A DNA stretch of 32,721 nucleotides from an uncultured bacterium. Lineage in GTDB: Bacteria > UBP7 > UBA6624. Every line of letters starts with the position of its first letter. The stretch's first letter is position 1. The stretch is taken from positions 1 to 32,721 of the forward strand of contig CAXGSM010000014.1 in assembly GCA_964012435.1 (NCBI GenBank). The letters run 5' to 3'. Both the position numbers and the translations under genes were made by a program. The notes beneath the pieces were generated by a model that worked only from the letters and a program-made list of their open reading frames with translations, was not told the origin of the DNA and searched no databases. Positions 1-9,161 of this stretch are shown piece after piece.

Positions 1-94
1 TTCGGTTGTTTTTCTTCGGAAACACCATCCTCCTCTTCTTTCGGTTGTTTTTCTTCGGAAACACCATCCTCCTCTTCTTTCGGTTGTTTTTCTT
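1..94. repeat. 39-bp perfect tandem repeat (at least 2.4 copies) encoding EKQPKEEEDGVSE on the minus strand
   Basis: ttcggttgtttttcttcggaaacaccatcctcctcttct at 1-39 and 40-78, partial copy at 79-94. Confidence 0.95.
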
Positions 95-425
95 TTAATT
101 CTTTTTCAAATTTTTTATCTTCTTTTTCTTTTTCGTTTTCTATTTCTTGAATATTTGAATTTAGTAATTCTTTTATTTTATCGAAATCAGAATTTCCTGA
201 ACAGGCTGTTATGGCTTCTGGAGCGTTTCTGGGGTCCTGCCCCAATTTTAATGTTGCATACATTGGTTTAAAAAGATATGTTGGTTCTGCTTTTAGTTCT
301 TCTGATGCAGTTTCGTTTAGCTCAAATCTTTGAGGCCTGTAACTTGTAAAAATTTGTTTTTCTTCTTGCGTTAATTCAACAGTAATATTTGGAATCAAGC
401 TTGCTAAAAGTAGGTAAATGTTCAT
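1..425 (-). CDS. Partial (runs off window edge) hypothetical protein with 13-aa acidic/Lys tandem repeats
   Basis: Not in the ORF track; translated by hand from ATG at 425 (GGAGG RBS at 435-439): MNIYLLLASLIPNITVELTQEEKQIFTSYRPQRFELNETASEELKAEPTYLFKPMYATLKLGQDP...EKQPKEEEDGVSEEKQPKEEEDGVSEEKQP, open to position 1. Confidence 0.8.
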   Translation of the reverse strand, partial: MNIYLLLASLIPNITVELTQEEKQIFTSYRPQRFELNETASEELKAEPTYLFKPMYATLKLGQDPRNAPEAITACSGNSDFDKIKELLNSNIQEIENEKEKEDKKFEKELKEKQPKEEEDGVSEEKQPKEEEDGVSEEKQP

Positions 426-444
426 GATTTTGAACCTCCTTTTT

Positions 445-467
445 TAAAATAGTCTATGACTATTTTA
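445..467. repeat. Perfect 10-bp inverted repeat with 3-nt spacer
   Basis: taaaatagtc-tat-gactatttta, overlapping the methyltransferase stop codon. Confidence 0.7.
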
Positions 468-1374
468 TATGTTTAGTCCACATGACTGAAACATATTCGC
501 CTTTTGCGCCATTTTTTAACATTTTATTGTCAATGTTTTTAACAAATTTCCATATCGGTTCTGTCAAAAATTCAGGTGTTTCATGGTGATGAGCTAAATG
601 TATCGCTATCGGTAACCTTTCTTTAATTTCTGCATTTGGCAGTATTTTTTTAATTGCAGGAAGTATTTTGTTTTCAGAACAATGCTCAAAAGGAGCATCT
701 TCAATGATTTGATCTTCTTTATTGTTTTTTTCAAGTTTAAATTTTCTTTTGAGCCTGTATGCTAAATGGGAAATCTTAGCAGGCAAGGTGTTTATTAGCA
801 TCTTGACTGTTTTTTCATTTTTTGGATCAAAGCCTAAATGATCTAAGATTAAAATTTTTCCGTTTGGTTTGAGTGATTTTTTTAATCTTTTTAAAACTGT
901 TTCTGGGTCAACCAAATGATGAAGGACATCCCATATGGCAACAACATCATAAAAATTTTCTTTAAATTTATGATTATTTAGATCAGCAACTTGGTAGTTT
1001 ATTTTTTGTTGCATTTTTTTTGAATATTTTTTTGCAATCTCAATGCTTCTCTCTGCTAAATCAAAACCGTCTACATCGAAACCTTGTCTAGATAACTCCA
1101 GAGAAAGCCAACCCATACCGCATCCAAAATCTAAAGCTTTTTTGTTTTTGCTTGCAATAGCTTTTGCTGATTGTAAGAATTCTTTCTTTATGTCACCTCT
1201 TATGATTTGCTCAATCCTAGAATCATTAAAAGGGTTATAAGGCCTTCTTTTTATAGGTTTTGCATTTTGAAGATCAAGCCAATGAGGAATTCCTTTCTTT
1301 AATGCGTCTTCATTGAAGTGAGCCCAAAATTTAGCTTCTTTTTCTAATAATTTTTTAAATTCTTTTTGACGCAT
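460..1374 (-). CDS. Class I SAM-dependent methyltransferase
   Basis: Motif I ALDFGCGMG, GFD, YDVV..WDVLHHL..P, LKPNGKILI. Confidence 0.9.
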   Translation of the reverse strand: MRQKEFKKLLEKEAKFWAHFNEDALKKGIPHWLDLQNAKPIKRRPYNPFNDSRIEQIIRGDIKKEFLQSAKAIASKNKKALDFGCGMGWLSLELSRQGFDVDGFDLAERSIEIAKKYSKKMQQKINYQVADLNNHKFKENFYDVVAIWDVLHHLVDPETVLKRLKKSLKPNGKILILDHLGFDPKNEKTVKMLINTLPAKISHLAYRLKRKFKLEKNNKEDQIIEDAPFEHCSENKILPAIKKILPNAEIKERLPIAIHLAHHHETPEFLTEPIWKFVKNIDNKMLKNGAKGEYVSVMWTKHIK

Positions 1375-2428
1375 CTTCAGCCTCCTTTTTGTATTTGTTT
1401 GAGAATGTTAATGTCCATTTTTGATAAAGTGCAAGTGTTTGCGGCAAATTGTTTTCTATAGGTTTGTATTCTGTATCAGAAAAACAGCCTTCATGCCCAT
1501 CTGAAAAACCAAAAATCAAAGAGTCTCTGACCGTTCTTCTTTTTTGTATTTTAAATCTTGATAAAAGTGCTGGAATTAACATTTTAAAAAAGCGGGAGAA
1601 AAGGTTTAGCGTAACTTTGGTCATTTCTTTTTCGATTTTTGCTCTATGGATAAGAGCCCTGCTTCTTCTTGCTATTTCGATAAATGCTTTTTGTGGCTCT
1701 AGCAATCTAACGAGTGAGAGTAAAAGATTGCTTTGAATGTAGTGATACTTGAATGTTGAAGGTTCATTCTTGAGAAGAAAGGAATGATGATGTATCACTT
1801 CTGCTTTTGGAGCCGTCATAAATATCCAACCTTTCATTCTCGCCCTCCAGCACCAATCTACATCTTCGTAATATAGAAAAAAGTTTTCCCATAGGCCACC
1901 TATTTCTTTTAATGCTTTTACAGACAATAAAGTGCATCCAAAACATGATCCGAAAACTGGTTCTGAAATGTTAAATTGTCCTAAGTCAGGTTGGCCAATG
2001 CCTCTATTTGCAGCTATTAAACCAGGGTGAACCATTGTTCCAACAGAGTCAAAGCTTTCAGGATAGTCGTAAAGGTATATTTTTGGAGCAACTCCAGCAA
2101 TTTTAGATTTTTTATCGAAAACTTTCAACATTTCCTTTACGGCATTTTTTTTCAAAATTATGTCAAAATTTAAAAGCAGTATGTAATCCATGCCAGAAAG
2201 AGCTTTTACTCCTTTGTTTACAGCTGACGAAAAGCCTTTATTGCTTTTCATCTTGATGATTTCTATATTTTTTTCTTTCAGGTATTTGATCCCATTTCTT
2301 TTTTCACTGTGGTTATCCACCACTAGTATTTTTTTGACTCCTTTTTGGTTCTCTATGCTCTCAATTAATTTTTTTAACATTTTTTTTGGAGCATTGTAAG
2401 TGACTATAAGCGCTGCTGTTTTAGTCAT
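1355..2428 (-). CDS. Glycosyltransferase family 2
   Basis: LIVTYN, VVDNHS, NKGFSSAVNKG, LLLNFD, FFLYYEDVDWCWRAR. Confidence 0.9.
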   Translation of the reverse strand: MTKTAALIVTYNAPKKMLKKLIESIENQKGVKKILVVDNHSEKRNGIKYLKEKNIEIIKMKSNKGFSSAVNKGVKALSGMDYILLLNFDIILKKNAVKEMLKVFDKKSKIAGVAPKIYLYDYPESFDSVGTMVHPGLIAANRGIGQPDLGQFNISEPVFGSCFGCTLLSVKALKEIGGLWENFFLYYEDVDWCWRARMKGWIFMTAPKAEVIHHHSFLLKNEPSTFKYHYIQSNLLLSLVRLLEPQKAFIEIARRSRALIHRAKIEKEMTKVTLNLFSRFFKMLIPALLSRFKIQKRRTVRDSLIFGFSDGHEGCFSDTEYKPIENNLPQTLALYQKWTLTFSNKYKKEAEDASKRI

Positions 2429-3330
2429 TCTTTATTGTCTGAGATTATTTTTTTAGTTGCATCTAAAACAATCTCCAAGGAACTTAAGCTTTCTTGATAA
2501 TATTTTTTTTGAATTATGTTATTTTTAAATTGTGTTATTTGTTGATTTATTGCATCCATTTCATTTAATTTAATTAAAATTTTTTCTTTTTTGTTATCCT
2601 TTTTGTCAATCCTTATTAAAGTTTTTTTTATATAGTCCCCTAGGTATACAGCTCTTTCAGTTGTAAGGCAGATCGTCCTGTGCCTTATCGTTGTTTCCCA
2701 TCCAGAAAATAGATGAGCAAGTTGGTTGTTTTTAGTTTCTAAAACCACTTTTGCATTATCTGGATAGCCATCAGCCCCGAGATTGCCAAAAGCATCTTTT
2801 ATCTTGGCTTCTTGTCCCAGTAATTGCAAAGCTATATCTGTGTCATGAATCATTGAATCAAGAACTACGCCTTCGGACATGATTCTTTTTGGCCTTGGGG
2901 CCCATCTGGATGTATAAATTGATTCAATTTTTTCTTTTTGGATTAATTTTGATAAAGTTTTTATCATTGGATTGTGTCTTTCTATGTAGCCAATCATTAA
3001 AACTCTGTTCATTTTTTTTGCAGTTTCAACCATGCTTTTAGCTTCTTTTATATTTTTTGCTATTGGCTTTTCAACCAAAACATGAATATTTTTTTCCAGG
3101 AAGTGGTTTGTTATTTTTTCATGATGTTTTGTTGGTGTTGCAACAATTAAGGCATCTATTTTTTCATTAAAATTTTCAAAATCTGTATATTTTTTAATTT
3201 TTTTATCCAGTGAAGAAAGTGCTTTTTTATCTGGGTCGATAACTGCAATAAGCTCAATGTCATCTCTTTCAAGCAGGTGGCTGTAATGGAGCTTCCCCAT
3301 TTTGCCATTTCCAGCAAGTGCAAATCTCAT
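2425..3330 (-). CDS. Gfo/Idh/MocA NAD(P)-dependent oxidoreductase (GnnA/WbpB-like UDP-sugar 3-dehydrogenase candidate)
   Basis: GNGKMG Rossmann motif, IVATPT..H, VLVEKP, GYIERHNP, DSMIHD; start taken at ATG 3330, which overlaps the lpxA stop (TAATG). Confidence 0.85.
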   Translation of the reverse strand: MRFALAGNGKMGKLHYSHLLERDDIELIAVIDPDKKALSSLDKKIKKYTDFENFNEKIDALIVATPTKHHEKITNHFLEKNIHVLVEKPIAKNIKEAKSMVETAKKMNRVLMIGYIERHNPMIKTLSKLIQKEKIESIYTSRWAPRPKRIMSEGVVLDSMIHDTDIALQLLGQEAKIKDAFGNLGADGYPDNAKVVLETKNNQLAHLFSGWETTIRHRTICLTTERAVYLGDYIKKTLIRIDKKDNKKEKILIKLNEMDAINQQITQFKNNIIQKKYYQESLSSLEIVLDATKKIISDNKE

Positions 3331-4082
3331 TAATCCCACTTGTAGTACTTTGTATTTGAGTTAATAAAGTTTTTTAAACTTGATGATTCGTTGGTTTTTA
3401 GTTTTGAAAGCTCTTCGAGCAATTTCTTTTTATTGGTTTCTATTTTCAGTAACTTCATTGCCTGAACAGCATTTTTCCTTAAATTTAAATCATCCGACAT
3501 TCCTCTTCTGTTAATACTAACAATTTTTATTCCTTTTCCTGTTTCTGCAACCATAGAGTAGGGGGGCACAGATGAACGAATCGCTATCATTGCTGCAACC
3601 ATTGCTCTTTTGCCTATTTCGGTTCTTTGATGCACCATTGTCCCTCCACCAATTACTGCTTTTTTCCCTACGGTAACATGTCCACCTAATTGAACAAAAT
3701 TTGTTAGTATTACGTTGTTTCCCAGGTTGCAATCGTGTCCAACATGCGAAAAAGCCATAAGATAGCAATTTTCACCTATTTTTGTAGGTGTTTCACTTGT
3801 TGATCCGTGTATTGTTACAAACTCTCTTAATATTGTTTTGCTTTGAATTGTTGTTGAGTGCTCATAGTCTTTAAAAGATAAATGTTGAGGAGGTCCAATT
3901 GTTACGCATCTGTGCATATATACATCTTGGCCTATATTCACATTGCCATCTAATCTGACGTTGTCTTCAATGATTGTATTTTCGCCAATTTGTACATTTT
4001 TACCCACAATTGAATTAGGGCCTACTGAAACATTGTTGCCTAGAATGGCATTTTTATGTATTATGGCTGAAGGGTGAATCAT
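3330..4082 (-). CDS. lpxA: Acyl-ACP--UDP-N-acetylglucosamine O-acyltransferase
   Basis: IHPSAII start, hexapeptide repeats, PQHL, REFVTIH, SHVGHDC, GHV, VHQ, VPPY; start at ATG 4082 (ATGA overlap with lpxD stop; alternative 4100). Confidence 0.92.
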   Translation of the reverse strand: MIHPSAIIHKNAILGNNVSVGPNSIVGKNVQIGENTIIEDNVRLDGNVNIGQDVYMHRCVTIGPPQHLSFKDYEHSTTIQSKTILREFVTIHGSTSETPTKIGENCYLMAFSHVGHDCNLGNNVILTNFVQLGGHVTVGKKAVIGGGTMVHQRTEIGKRAMVAAMIAIRSSVPPYSMVAETGKGIKIVSINRRGMSDDLNLRKNAVQAMKLLKIETNKKKLLEELSKLKTNESSSLKNFINSNTKYYKWD

Positions 4083-5053
4083 TTTTTCTTTCTTATCCAT
4101 AAGGGTAATTTTTTAAGACTTGCCCATATTGAAAGGGTAATTTTTTTTGCACGTGCCGGATAGCCAAGTACTGTTGAGTTGTCTTCAATGTCGGAAATTA
4201 TCATGCTTCCTACGCCAGCTGTTACGTTTTTACCTATTTTTGTATGGTCAGAAACTCCAACACGTCCTCCAGCTATAAAATTTTCTTTTATTTTAGAGCT
4301 TCCTGCTATGCCGCTTTTTGCAGCTATCAATGCATTGTCTCCTAAGTCAACATTGTGAGCTATATGAACTTGTGAATCGGTTTTTACATTTTTTCCAATG
4401 TTTGTTGAGTCAATTAGACCGCCATCAATGGTGTTTAATGCTCCTATCGTGGCATTTTTTTGAATTTGAACACCACCGACATGAGGCATTCTGAATATCT
4501 CTTTACCAGTATTGTGTATATTGAATCCAGAATTTCCTACAACTGAACTTGGACCTATTAGGCATTCATCCCCAAGGCTACAATTGTCCATTATTACTGC
4601 GTGGGGCATAATCTTGCAAAAAGATCCAATTTTGCATTTGTTTCCAATGAATGAAAAAGCATAAATTTTAGTCTCTTCTCCAATCTCTACATCTTCACCA
4701 ATGAATGCAAAAGGTCCAATTTCAACATTTTTACCTATTTTTGCAGATTTGCTTATATGTGCTTTTGTGCTTATTAGTTTTTCCGGTTTTTTGTAAGTCG
4801 GTTTTATTTCATTTACTATTAGAGAAAATGCTAATTTAGGATCCGGATGACATATTCCTTTTAATGGTTTTTCTTTAGATATGATGAAACAGCCGGCTCG
4901 AGTTAATTTTGTTGATATTTTTTCATTTAGCGAAAATGCTAAACAGTTTTTTATTGGTTTTTCTGAGGAGCATAGTCCAATAATCAGAGAATCTTCGCTT
5001 CCGCATGTTTTTCCTCCGGAAATTTTAGATAATTGATTTAAGCTCCAAGCCAT
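4079..5053 (-). CDS. lpxD: UDP-3-O-acyl-glucosamine N-acyltransferase
   Basis: Hexapeptide repeats, GNSGF, PHVGGV, TIDGG..DST.IG..VKTDSQVHIAHNV, GYPAR. Confidence 0.92.
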   Translation of the reverse strand: MAWSLNQLSKISGGKTCGSEDSLIIGLCSSEKPIKNCLAFSLNEKISTKLTRAGCFIISKEKPLKGICHPDPKLAFSLIVNEIKPTYKKPEKLISTKAHISKSAKIGKNVEIGPFAFIGEDVEIGEETKIYAFSFIGNKCKIGSFCKIMPHAVIMDNCSLGDECLIGPSSVVGNSGFNIHNTGKEIFRMPHVGGVQIQKNATIGALNTIDGGLIDSTNIGKNVKTDSQVHIAHNVDLGDNALIAAKSGIAGSSKIKENFIAGGRVGVSDHTKIGKNVTAGVGSMIISDIEDNSTVLGYPARAKKITLSIWASLKKLPLWIRKKK

Positions 5054-6792
5054 TAAAACATATGTCCTACAGAAAAGTGAAATTTAGTGTCATCTAGATC
5101 GGGTGAAAAAGCCAAATCAAATCTTACTGGTGCAATACCAAAGAAACCGATACTAAACCTAACACCAACCCCATAACTCATCATTGCATTTTCAAAAGAA
5201 AGCGCACTTGATTCATTTGAGGATGATCCGTAATCAGCAAACAAAGCAGCTGACCAGGGTGTATCTTCTTTGTGCCATCTTAATTCAAGATTCAGCAAGG
5301 ATTGATAGTTGCCTTTTTGTTCACCTAGGTCATACCCTCTTAAGGAAGATGATCCACCTGTCCAGAATCGCCTTGTAGACGGAGCATCGCCATCAATTTT
5401 TCCAACCTTGTATCTTCCAGCTAAAAGAAATTCAGAGTCGTTTAGTTTTTTGTATTTTCTCAAATCATATGAGTATTTAGTGAATCCAAAACTTTCTTCA
5501 GAGGAGTCAAAACCATGCTCGATAGAGAAGTTGTAATAAGTAGCATCATCTGTTGGATCAAAAGGATTAAATCTTGTATCTTTGGTGTATCCAACACTTA
5601 TGCTGTTTAAATCTCCTCTTAGGATTCCCTTATCTGCAAGAAGATCACCACAGTCAACGCTTGGATTCGAGACACATATATCATCGCCATTATCTAGTTC
5701 GTAATCGTTTTCGCTTGAATGAAGTGTAAAGTCTAATCTTGTCATTCTGTCAACCCTTTTGCCTAACGAGATTTCTCCACCCTTGCTTGCAAAGTTGTAG
5801 TTTGGGTCCGTTGGCTCTTCGTAAAAAATTATGTTTCTATCGGTATCAAAAACTCTTGAGCTCAATGAAAGTCTCGTATCCTTATAGCTGTCATCTTTGT
5901 AAGATACATCATAAGAGCTGCCTCTATCTCCATAAGACAATGTTGTTCCAAGGCTAACAGCATTACCCCTGAAATTATCTTCCCTATAGCTGATGTATCC
6001 TCCCAGTCCCGATGTATCACCATAGAAGGCACCAAATAATAAATTTGCTGTTTTTTCTGCTTCTGTTAAAGAGTAAACAATATCAAAATATGGTAAATTT
6101 TCATCTTTTTCTGGCAGTTGTATTCTCACCTCTGGTACAGATGAGAAAAGTTTTGTTCCATATAAATCTTTTAATTCAAGCTGAATTGCTGAATATGTTA
6201 TTGGGTCACCTTTCTCCATCCAAAGAAACCTTTTTAATGCATCAGAGTTTGTGTTCATTAAGCCTTCAAAAATTACATTACCAAATAAAGGTTCAATGAA
6301 TTTAATTGTTAATGTTTTGCTTTCCCAGTTTAGGCTCTCTGATTCATTGAATATCCATGGGTAGCCATTTTCTGCATATTTTGCTTTGATTATCCTGTAG
6401 CTTTCCATTAATTCATTAGTGTTAAGCACAAAGCCTTCTTTGACCGTGATGGAATTCAAAACCATCAATGGATCAATCCACTCTATGCCTTCAAGGACTA
6501 TAGATTCAATTATAGGAAATTCTTTAAATCTTATATTTATTATTACATTCCCATCATTTGTTGTTGTTTCTGATGTTGGTTTTTCAACAAAAAATCCTGA
6601 TGTGTAAAGCCTTTCCAACCCTTGCTCTATTGAAACAGTTGAAAATGTGTCTCCTGGATTTATTCCAAACATATTTTCAAGCCAGTCTATTTCAAGATTT
6701 TTGGAATCTGGAAAATTGACCTCAACAACATCTACTGCTTTTAGCGATTGGACTCCTAACAATAATAGTAAAAGTAAAAATGTTTTCTTCAT
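5053..6792 (-). CDS. bamA: BamA/Omp85-family outer membrane protein (short, about 3 POTRA domains)
   Basis: Signal peptide, POTRA-like segments (LERLYTSGFF, YAENGY, LYGTKLFS), EDNFRG, GGSSSLRGY, C-terminal FSVGHMF; directly upstream of lpxD. Confidence 0.8.
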   Translation of the reverse strand: MKKTFLLLLLLLGVQSLKAVDVVEVNFPDSKNLEIDWLENMFGINPGDTFSTVSIEQGLERLYTSGFFVEKPTSETTTNDGNVIINIRFKEFPIIESIVLEGIEWIDPLMVLNSITVKEGFVLNTNELMESYRIIKAKYAENGYPWIFNESESLNWESKTLTIKFIEPLFGNVIFEGLMNTNSDALKRFLWMEKGDPITYSAIQLELKDLYGTKLFSSVPEVRIQLPEKDENLPYFDIVYSLTEAEKTANLLFGAFYGDTSGLGGYISYREDNFRGNAVSLGTTLSYGDRGSSYDVSYKDDSYKDTRLSLSSRVFDTDRNIIFYEEPTDPNYNFASKGGEISLGKRVDRMTRLDFTLHSSENDYELDNGDDICVSNPSVDCGDLLADKGILRGDLNSISVGYTKDTRFNPFDPTDDATYYNFSIEHGFDSSEESFGFTKYSYDLRKYKKLNDSEFLLAGRYKVGKIDGDAPSTRRFWTGGSSSLRGYDLGEQKGNYQSLLNLELRWHKEDTPWSAALFADYGSSSNESSALSFENAMMSYGVGVRFSIGFFGIAPVRFDLAFSPDLDDTKFHFSVGHMF

Positions 6793-7193
6793 TTTGTTTC
6801 TCCTTGGTCTACAAATAGAAGAATTTTACCTCCACTACGGGTAAGAGTCAGGCTAAAAGGATACTCTATCTCTTCAACATTGATCCATTGGCTATTTTCA
6901 TCAAGCCAATATATAGATACGTTTTTAAAATCTTTTGTTCTTATCGTTACTGATTCTTTAACTTTCATTTCGATTATTTTTTGTTTCTGGATAACTCCAT
7001 CAAATAATTTCTGGCGATCTTTTATTATTTGGACATCTGGTTGGTTGTCAACTTGAATCTTTACGCTGAAAGGGTCTGTGTAAGTATTTTTCTGATCGTA
7101 TTCTACATATTTAACACTTGAATCCTGCAAGTCAGACATGTAAGAGAGATAAACCAGCAAAACCATGATGATGTAAATGATTATTTTGCGCAT
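6789..7193 (-). CDS. Hypothetical membrane-anchored protein
   Basis: N-terminal hydrophobic helix MRKIIIYIIMVLLVYL; ATGA overlap with bamA; alternative start 7211. Confidence 0.7.
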   Translation of the reverse strand: MRKIIIYIIMVLLVYLSYMSDLQDSSVKYVEYDQKNTYTDPFSVKIQVDNQPDVQIIKDRQKLFDGVIQKQKIIEMKVKESVTIRTKDFKNVSIYWLDENSQWINVEEIEYPFSLTLTRSGGKILLFVDQGETK

Positions 7194-7236
7194 TGTTTTA
7201 ATTTTAATCAATTGTTAACGAATAGTTTGTTTTTTT

Positions 7237-7308
7237 AATTTATAAGTAGAGACTAAATTGAATTTATAAGTAGAGACTAAATTAAATTGACAAATTAACA
7301 CTAATTAT
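7237..7308. promoter_or_regulatory. Three 24-bp-phased HAIR-like (candidate HspR operator) imperfect inverted repeats
   Basis: ATTTATA-N7-ACTAAAT at 7238 and 7262 (inside exact 23-bp direct repeats) and ATTGACA-N7-ACTAATT at 7286; same geometry as HAIR CTTGAGT-N7-ACTCAAG; hspR lies in the downstream operon. Confidence 0.65.
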
Positions 7309-7315
7309 GTATAAT
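7287..7315 (+). promoter_or_regulatory. Consensus sigma70 promoter of the dnaK operon
   Basis: TTGACA (7287-7292), 17-bp spacer, TATAAT (7310-7315); GGAGG RBS at 7348-7352. Confidence 0.88.
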
Positions 7316-7361
7316 ATGTTTTGTTTTGATTAATAATTAGACATTTTGGAGGAAAAAAATT

Positions 7362-9161
7362 ATGACAAAAATTATAGGAATTGATTTAGGGACAACAAAT
7401 TCTTGCATGTCCGTATTTTTAAATGGAAGATCAGAGATTATTCCAAATGCAGAGGGTGGCAGGGTGACACCTTCCGTTGTTTCTTTTCAGGAAGATGGAG
7501 AAATTTTAGTTGGAGACCAAGCAGTTGCAGCAATGACAATAGCCACAGAAAGGACAATAGCTAATGCAAAAAGACATATGGGTACTTCTAAAAAGTTTTC
7601 TGTGGACGGTAAAGATTTAACGCCACAAGAGATTTCAGCAAAAGTTTTAATGAAGCTTAAAGCAGATGCTTCTACATATTTAGGCGGAGAGGTAAAAAAG
7701 GCGGTTGTCACTGTTCCTGCTTATTTTAATGATAGCCAAAGAAAGGCAACAAAGCAGGCTGCTGAAATAGCTGGACTAGAGGTAGAGAGAATCATCAATG
7801 AGCCAACTGCAGCAGCATTGGCATATGGTCTTGATAAAGAAGATATCGATGAAACAATCGCTGTTTTTGACTTTGGTGGCGGTACTTTTGATGTAACTGT
7901 ACTTGAAATAAGCGATGGTGTCTTTGAGGTAAAGGCTACTAATGGTCATACCAAATTGGGCGGAGCTGATATAGATGATTTGGTTGCAGATTGGATAGCA
8001 GATAAATTTTATGCTGAACATAAAATTGATCTAAGAAAAGACAAAACAGCCTGGGCAAGAGTTCTTGAAGCTGCTGAAAAATCTAAAAAAGATTTAAGCT
8101 CAGTTCCATCAAGTCAAATTAATTTGCCTTATTTGCATGAGGGTCTTCATCTCAAAGCAACCTTGACAAGGTCTGAGTTCGAAAAAATTTCAGATGTAGT
8201 TATGAAAAGGTTAGTTAGGCCTTGTGAGAATGCTATGAAAGATGCTGGTGTTTCTTCATCTGATATAGACAAGGTGATCTTGGTTGGAGGATCAACACGA
8301 ATTCCAAAAGTACAAGATTTATGTAAAAAGATTTTTGGAAAAGCTCCAGAAAGAAGTGTTAACCCTGATGAGGTCGTTGCTTCCGGCGCGGCAATTCAAG
8401 GCAATGTTTTAGACCCAGATTCGACTGATGAGAAAAATATTCTTTTGATTGATGTGACTCCTTTGAGCCTGGGAATAGAAACATTAGGTGGGGTTATGAC
8501 ATCTATGATAAAAAGAAATTCTCCTGTACCTACTGAGCATAAGGAAATATTTTCTACAGCTGCAGACAACCAGCCAGAAGTCGAAATTCACGTTCTTCAG
8601 GGTGAAAGGAAAATGGCAAGTGACAATGTGACACTTGGCAGGTTTAAATTAGTTGGTATACTTCCAGCTAAAAGGGGTATTCCTCAAATTGAAGTTGCAT
8701 TTAAGATTGATGCTAATGGTCTTTTGAACGTAGAAGCGACAGATAAAAAAACTGGCAAATCTCAGAAGATACAAATCACAGGATCAACATCACTGACTGA
8801 GGAAGATGTTCAGCAAAAGATTGAGGATGCTGAAAAATATGCTGAAGAAGACAAGACAAAAAAAGAATCTGTTGAGGTCCATAATAATTTGGATTCGGTA
8901 ATTTGGCAAACGGAATCAATGCTTGAAGAAAACAAAGAAAAAGCTACCGAGGAGGTAGTTCAAGAGCTTGAAAAAGCGATAGAAAGTGCAAAATCAGCAT
9001 TAGGCTTAGAGGATATTGACACAAAGAAAACAGCGATAGAGGATCTTCAAAAAGCTGCAATGGCTTTTGCTCAAACGATTCAGCCTCAAGAGGGTCAGGA
9101 TGTTGATAGTGAGCCAATTTCAGATCAAGAAAACGAGGAAGTTATAGAAGGTGAAGAGTAA
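7362..9161 (+). CDS. dnaK: Chaperone DnaK (Hsp70)
   Basis: [58 protein letters not shown]. Confidence 0.99.
   Translation: MTKIIGIDLGTTNSCMSVFLNGRSEIIPNAEGGRVTPSVVSFQEDGEILVGDQAVAAMTIATERTIANAKRHMGTSKKFSVDGKDLTPQEISAKVLMKLKADASTYLGGEVKKAVVTVPAYFNDSQRKATKQAAEIAGLEVERIINEPTAAALAYGLDKEDIDETIAVFDFGGGTFDVTVLEISDGVFEVKATNGHTKLGGADIDDLVADWIADKFYAEHKIDLRKDKTAWARVLEAAEKSKKDLSSVPSSQINLPYLHEGLHLKATLTRSEFEKISDVVMKRLVRPCENAMKDAGVSSSDIDKVILVGGSTRIPKVQDLCKKIFGKAPERSVNPDEVVASGAAIQGNVLDPDSTDEKNILLIDVTPLSLGIETLGGVMTSMIKRNSPVPTEHKEIFSTAADNQPEVEIHVLQGERKMASDNVTLGRFKLVGILPAKRGIPQIEVAFKIDANGLLNVEATDKKTGKSQKIQITGSTSLTEEDVQQKIEDAEKYAEEDKTKKESVEVHNNLDSVIWQTESMLEENKEKATEEVVQELEKAIESAKSALGLEDIDTKKTAIEDLQKAAMAFAQTIQPQEGQDVDSEPISDQENEEVIEGEE

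Noticed and set aside
1..94. 39-bp repeats as a CRISPR array
   Set aside because: Head-to-tail with no spacers, length a multiple of 3, inside an ORF
7237..7284. 23-bp direct repeats as a mini-CRISPR
   Set aside because: Only 1 nt separates the copies, so there are no spacers, and no cas genes are present
7194..7361. CIRCE (HrcA) element or sigma32 promoter for dnaK
   Set aside because: No TTAGCACTC-N9-GAGTGCTAA and no CCCCAT-type -10 box; a perfect sigma70 promoter is present
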